DNA of 64,000 nucleotides, taken from positions 2,108,001 to 2,172,000 of the forward strand of contig CP154954.1 in the NCBI GenBank assembly GCA_039621445.1, written 5' to 3'. The stretch is from Euglena gracilis. Its lineage: Eukaryota. Within the stretch, counting starts at the first letter, position 1. The number at the start of each line of letters is the position of its first letter. This document shows positions 61,746 through 64,000 of this stretch, piece after piece. The notes beneath the pieces are model-generated. The model made no database searches. It was not told the origin of the DNA and was given only the letters and a program-made list of their open reading frames with translations. Both the position numbers and the translations under genes were made by a program.

Positions 61746-64000
61746 CAAATTATTTGATTGAGTTTTTCACTTTTTGCCTGGTGTCGAACCCGCCTTGTCT
61801 TGGGTCAAAAAATAAATTTAACGTTTCTCAAAAATGGTGGGGAATCAAAGTAAATGTCCTGAGATTCAAATTGAAGGCTTTAAATTGCTTCGTTAAGCAG
61901 TATTTTGATTTCCCCGCAACTCCCCGCCTACCCTGAGTTACGGCTACTTTTTGGCCAATTTTGGGCCATTTTGTACAGTTTTGGCTTGTTTTGATTTTGC
62001 CGTTTTTTGGCCATTTTCAGGTCAAAAAGTCGAAAAATTAGGCCAAAAATTGTCTTTTTGGGCAGAAGTGCATCAAGAATCCAAAAAAAATCGTTGCAAA
62101 ATATTATAACAAAAAAGCGCCGAAGGAAAAAAAAATAACCTCTGTGTGGTTCCTGGGTGCCTAGCCAGGCTCAGGAGGGGGGTCTACCCGTTTAGGGTAT
62201 GTTAAACCCTGGGCTTAAAATGATACAACTTAATTTGTCATTTTGTAATTCCTTACAACATCATTTATCATATTTATTTTTTTCATGAAAAGAAACCAAA
62301 ATGCATGCAAAAAAGCAGGAAAATTAGGAAGAAGCTAAATAAAAAAGCCTCGTATCCTTTTTGGCACACATTTGATTTACATTGTACGAGTTATCAATTA
62401 CATCGAAGACCATGTTTATAGTTTCTAGGTCTAAAGGAAAACAAACCATTTTCTTCATGTTGGTTTTGGCATCACGAAAACCCCCTCAAATGCAGAAAAA
62501 AAATGGGAACCGGCCGGGGTGAGGATATTGTGGAAGGAAACCGGAATTCTTCTTTGGACACAAAGCCAGAGAATGTATCAGTCCAGCACCATATGTAAGG
62601 ATAAAACACTTAATTTTTTTTCGGTTGTTTTCTCTCGTTTTCTCTCATTATGATTTCCATCACCAATTTGTTCTGAAATTTCAGCAAAGCTTGAAAGACC
62701 AAAGAAAATCAGACCAAAAACGAAATACATCAATTTGGGTCTCTCTGTATTTGGTAATCAAAACAGGAATTCTGGTTAGTTGCAATTTTTACTAATATTT
62801 GGCATTTTCAATGGGGGGATGTGGGGGTGGGTCCACAGCATTCCCGCATTTTTTGATTATCACGACTCCCACGGTTTACTGAAAAAGAAACCAGGAAACA
62901 GTTTATGGGAGGGATGGGGGGGGGTCGCTGAGCTCTTATCCTTTTATGGGTGAGAGCGAACCTTTCCACTGCGGAAAAGGGGGGTCGTCCCCCCCCCCCC
63001 CGGGTCGGGGCCACCAGGAGAACCGGCAAATTATCACCATGACCCGGGTCCCGAATTTTTTTTCCAGTTGCGAGCGACTGGATCTCAGTTTCCGAATCAC
63101 CTCCGTTTGACCTGCAACTCCCTGCCAGGCCTGAGTTATTCACTGGGTAGGACTGGCCCGCCCCCCCTTCCGACTCTGCCATTTCGCTGGGGTCCAAAAT
63201 ATCTCAGAAAACGTACAATTTTTCCAGAAATGTCGGTCTGACGAAATGCACCCCCGGAGGCCCTCTATCACCGCCCCATAATCACCGTTTTGGCTGCCGA
63301 GACGCCTGGCCCGTGTTCCGGCGCGCTTTTGCAACTCAGAACGGGCATTTTGCAGTGTTTTTTTTGGGCTGTTTCTGGGTCAAAAAAAATCGATTTTTTT
63401 TCAAATATCTCGACAATGAAGTAAAATAAAAGAATGTCCGGAGAGCAAAAATGAAGCCTTTGGAACGCTGTACCCAACCATGGTTTTCTTTTCCCTCGAC
63501 TCTTCGTGTAGCCCGAGTTACGGCCATTTTTTGGCCCATTTTGGCCCATTTTTGGGCCATTTTGGGCTGTTTTTTGGGGGGGTCAAAAAAACCACGTTGA
63601 GACCTAAATTGAGGCCCTTACGAGCCCTTACGATGCTCTATCTAATTGTGTTTTGATTTCCCCGCAACTCCCCGCCTGGCCCAAAATATGGCCAATTTAT
63701 GGCCCAAAACAGCGCGGCATGGCTGTTTTCGGAATCACGGAGAAACTATGAAGGAAAATGAGGTGGGAACAGGGTTGTAGTGTTTTGGCTGATCTGACAC
63801 TGGGGCTTTGCTGTAGGCAGTTCGCCGCTGTTGGTGGGGGGTTCTTTCCCGGTATCTGCGTTCTTGTTGTTCCATTTGCTATTGACCCAAATTATTTGAT
63901 TGAGTTTTTCACTTTTTGCCTGGTGTCGAACCCGCCTTGTCTTGGGTCAAAAAATAAATTTAAAGTTTCTCAAAATTGGTGGGGAATCAAAGTAAATGTC
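61746..64000. repeat. Dispersed repeat family copy 3, head-to-tail permuted, interrupting the LRR intron
   Basis: 61746-62750 matches 1040-2055, then 62746-64000 matches 29444-30449 and 1-1152; junction shares TGTAT. Confidence 0.9.

Noticed and set aside
1-64000. Circular molecule suggested by similar window ends
   Set aside because: 1-1152 and 62841-64000 differ by several substitutions and a third copy lies at 29444-30449; a repeat family explains it.

Overview
Repeat-dense eukaryotic nuclear DNA, very likely from a euglenid. Two copies of the 26-nt Euglena-type spliced leader are embedded in the DNA (30942-30965 +, 41852-41877 -), and several genes use euglenid non-conventional introns (CAG at +4..+6, CTG at -8..-6, complementary ends). 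Almost all ORFs in the supplied track are spurious; the real genes are split into micro-exons. Manually reconstructed: (i) a tandem LRR gene of eight 28-aa modules (49405-60711 +), each made of a 40-nt and a 44-nt exon joined by a non-conventional intron and separated by phase-1 GT-AG introns, with variation concentrated at the splice-junction residues; (ii) a Tudor-knot/chromo-barrel-like gene fragment (3123-4238 -); (iii) an EF-hand gene fragment (14688-17198 -). Mobile DNA includes many CAG...CTG MITEs with 8-bp target-site duplications, TA-flanked MITEs, a degenerate DIRS-type RT-RNase H with a 2A-like motif, a CRE-like RT fragment, a frameshifted coiled-coil gag-like ORF and a 2.3-kb inverted duplication. 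Two rearrangement junctions carry short telomeric tracts. Main hypothesis: the 3+5 nt offset of non-conventional introns equals the 8-bp duplication of the local MITEs, so these MITEs may be intron generators. All splicing models are inferred by eye and need transcript evidence.
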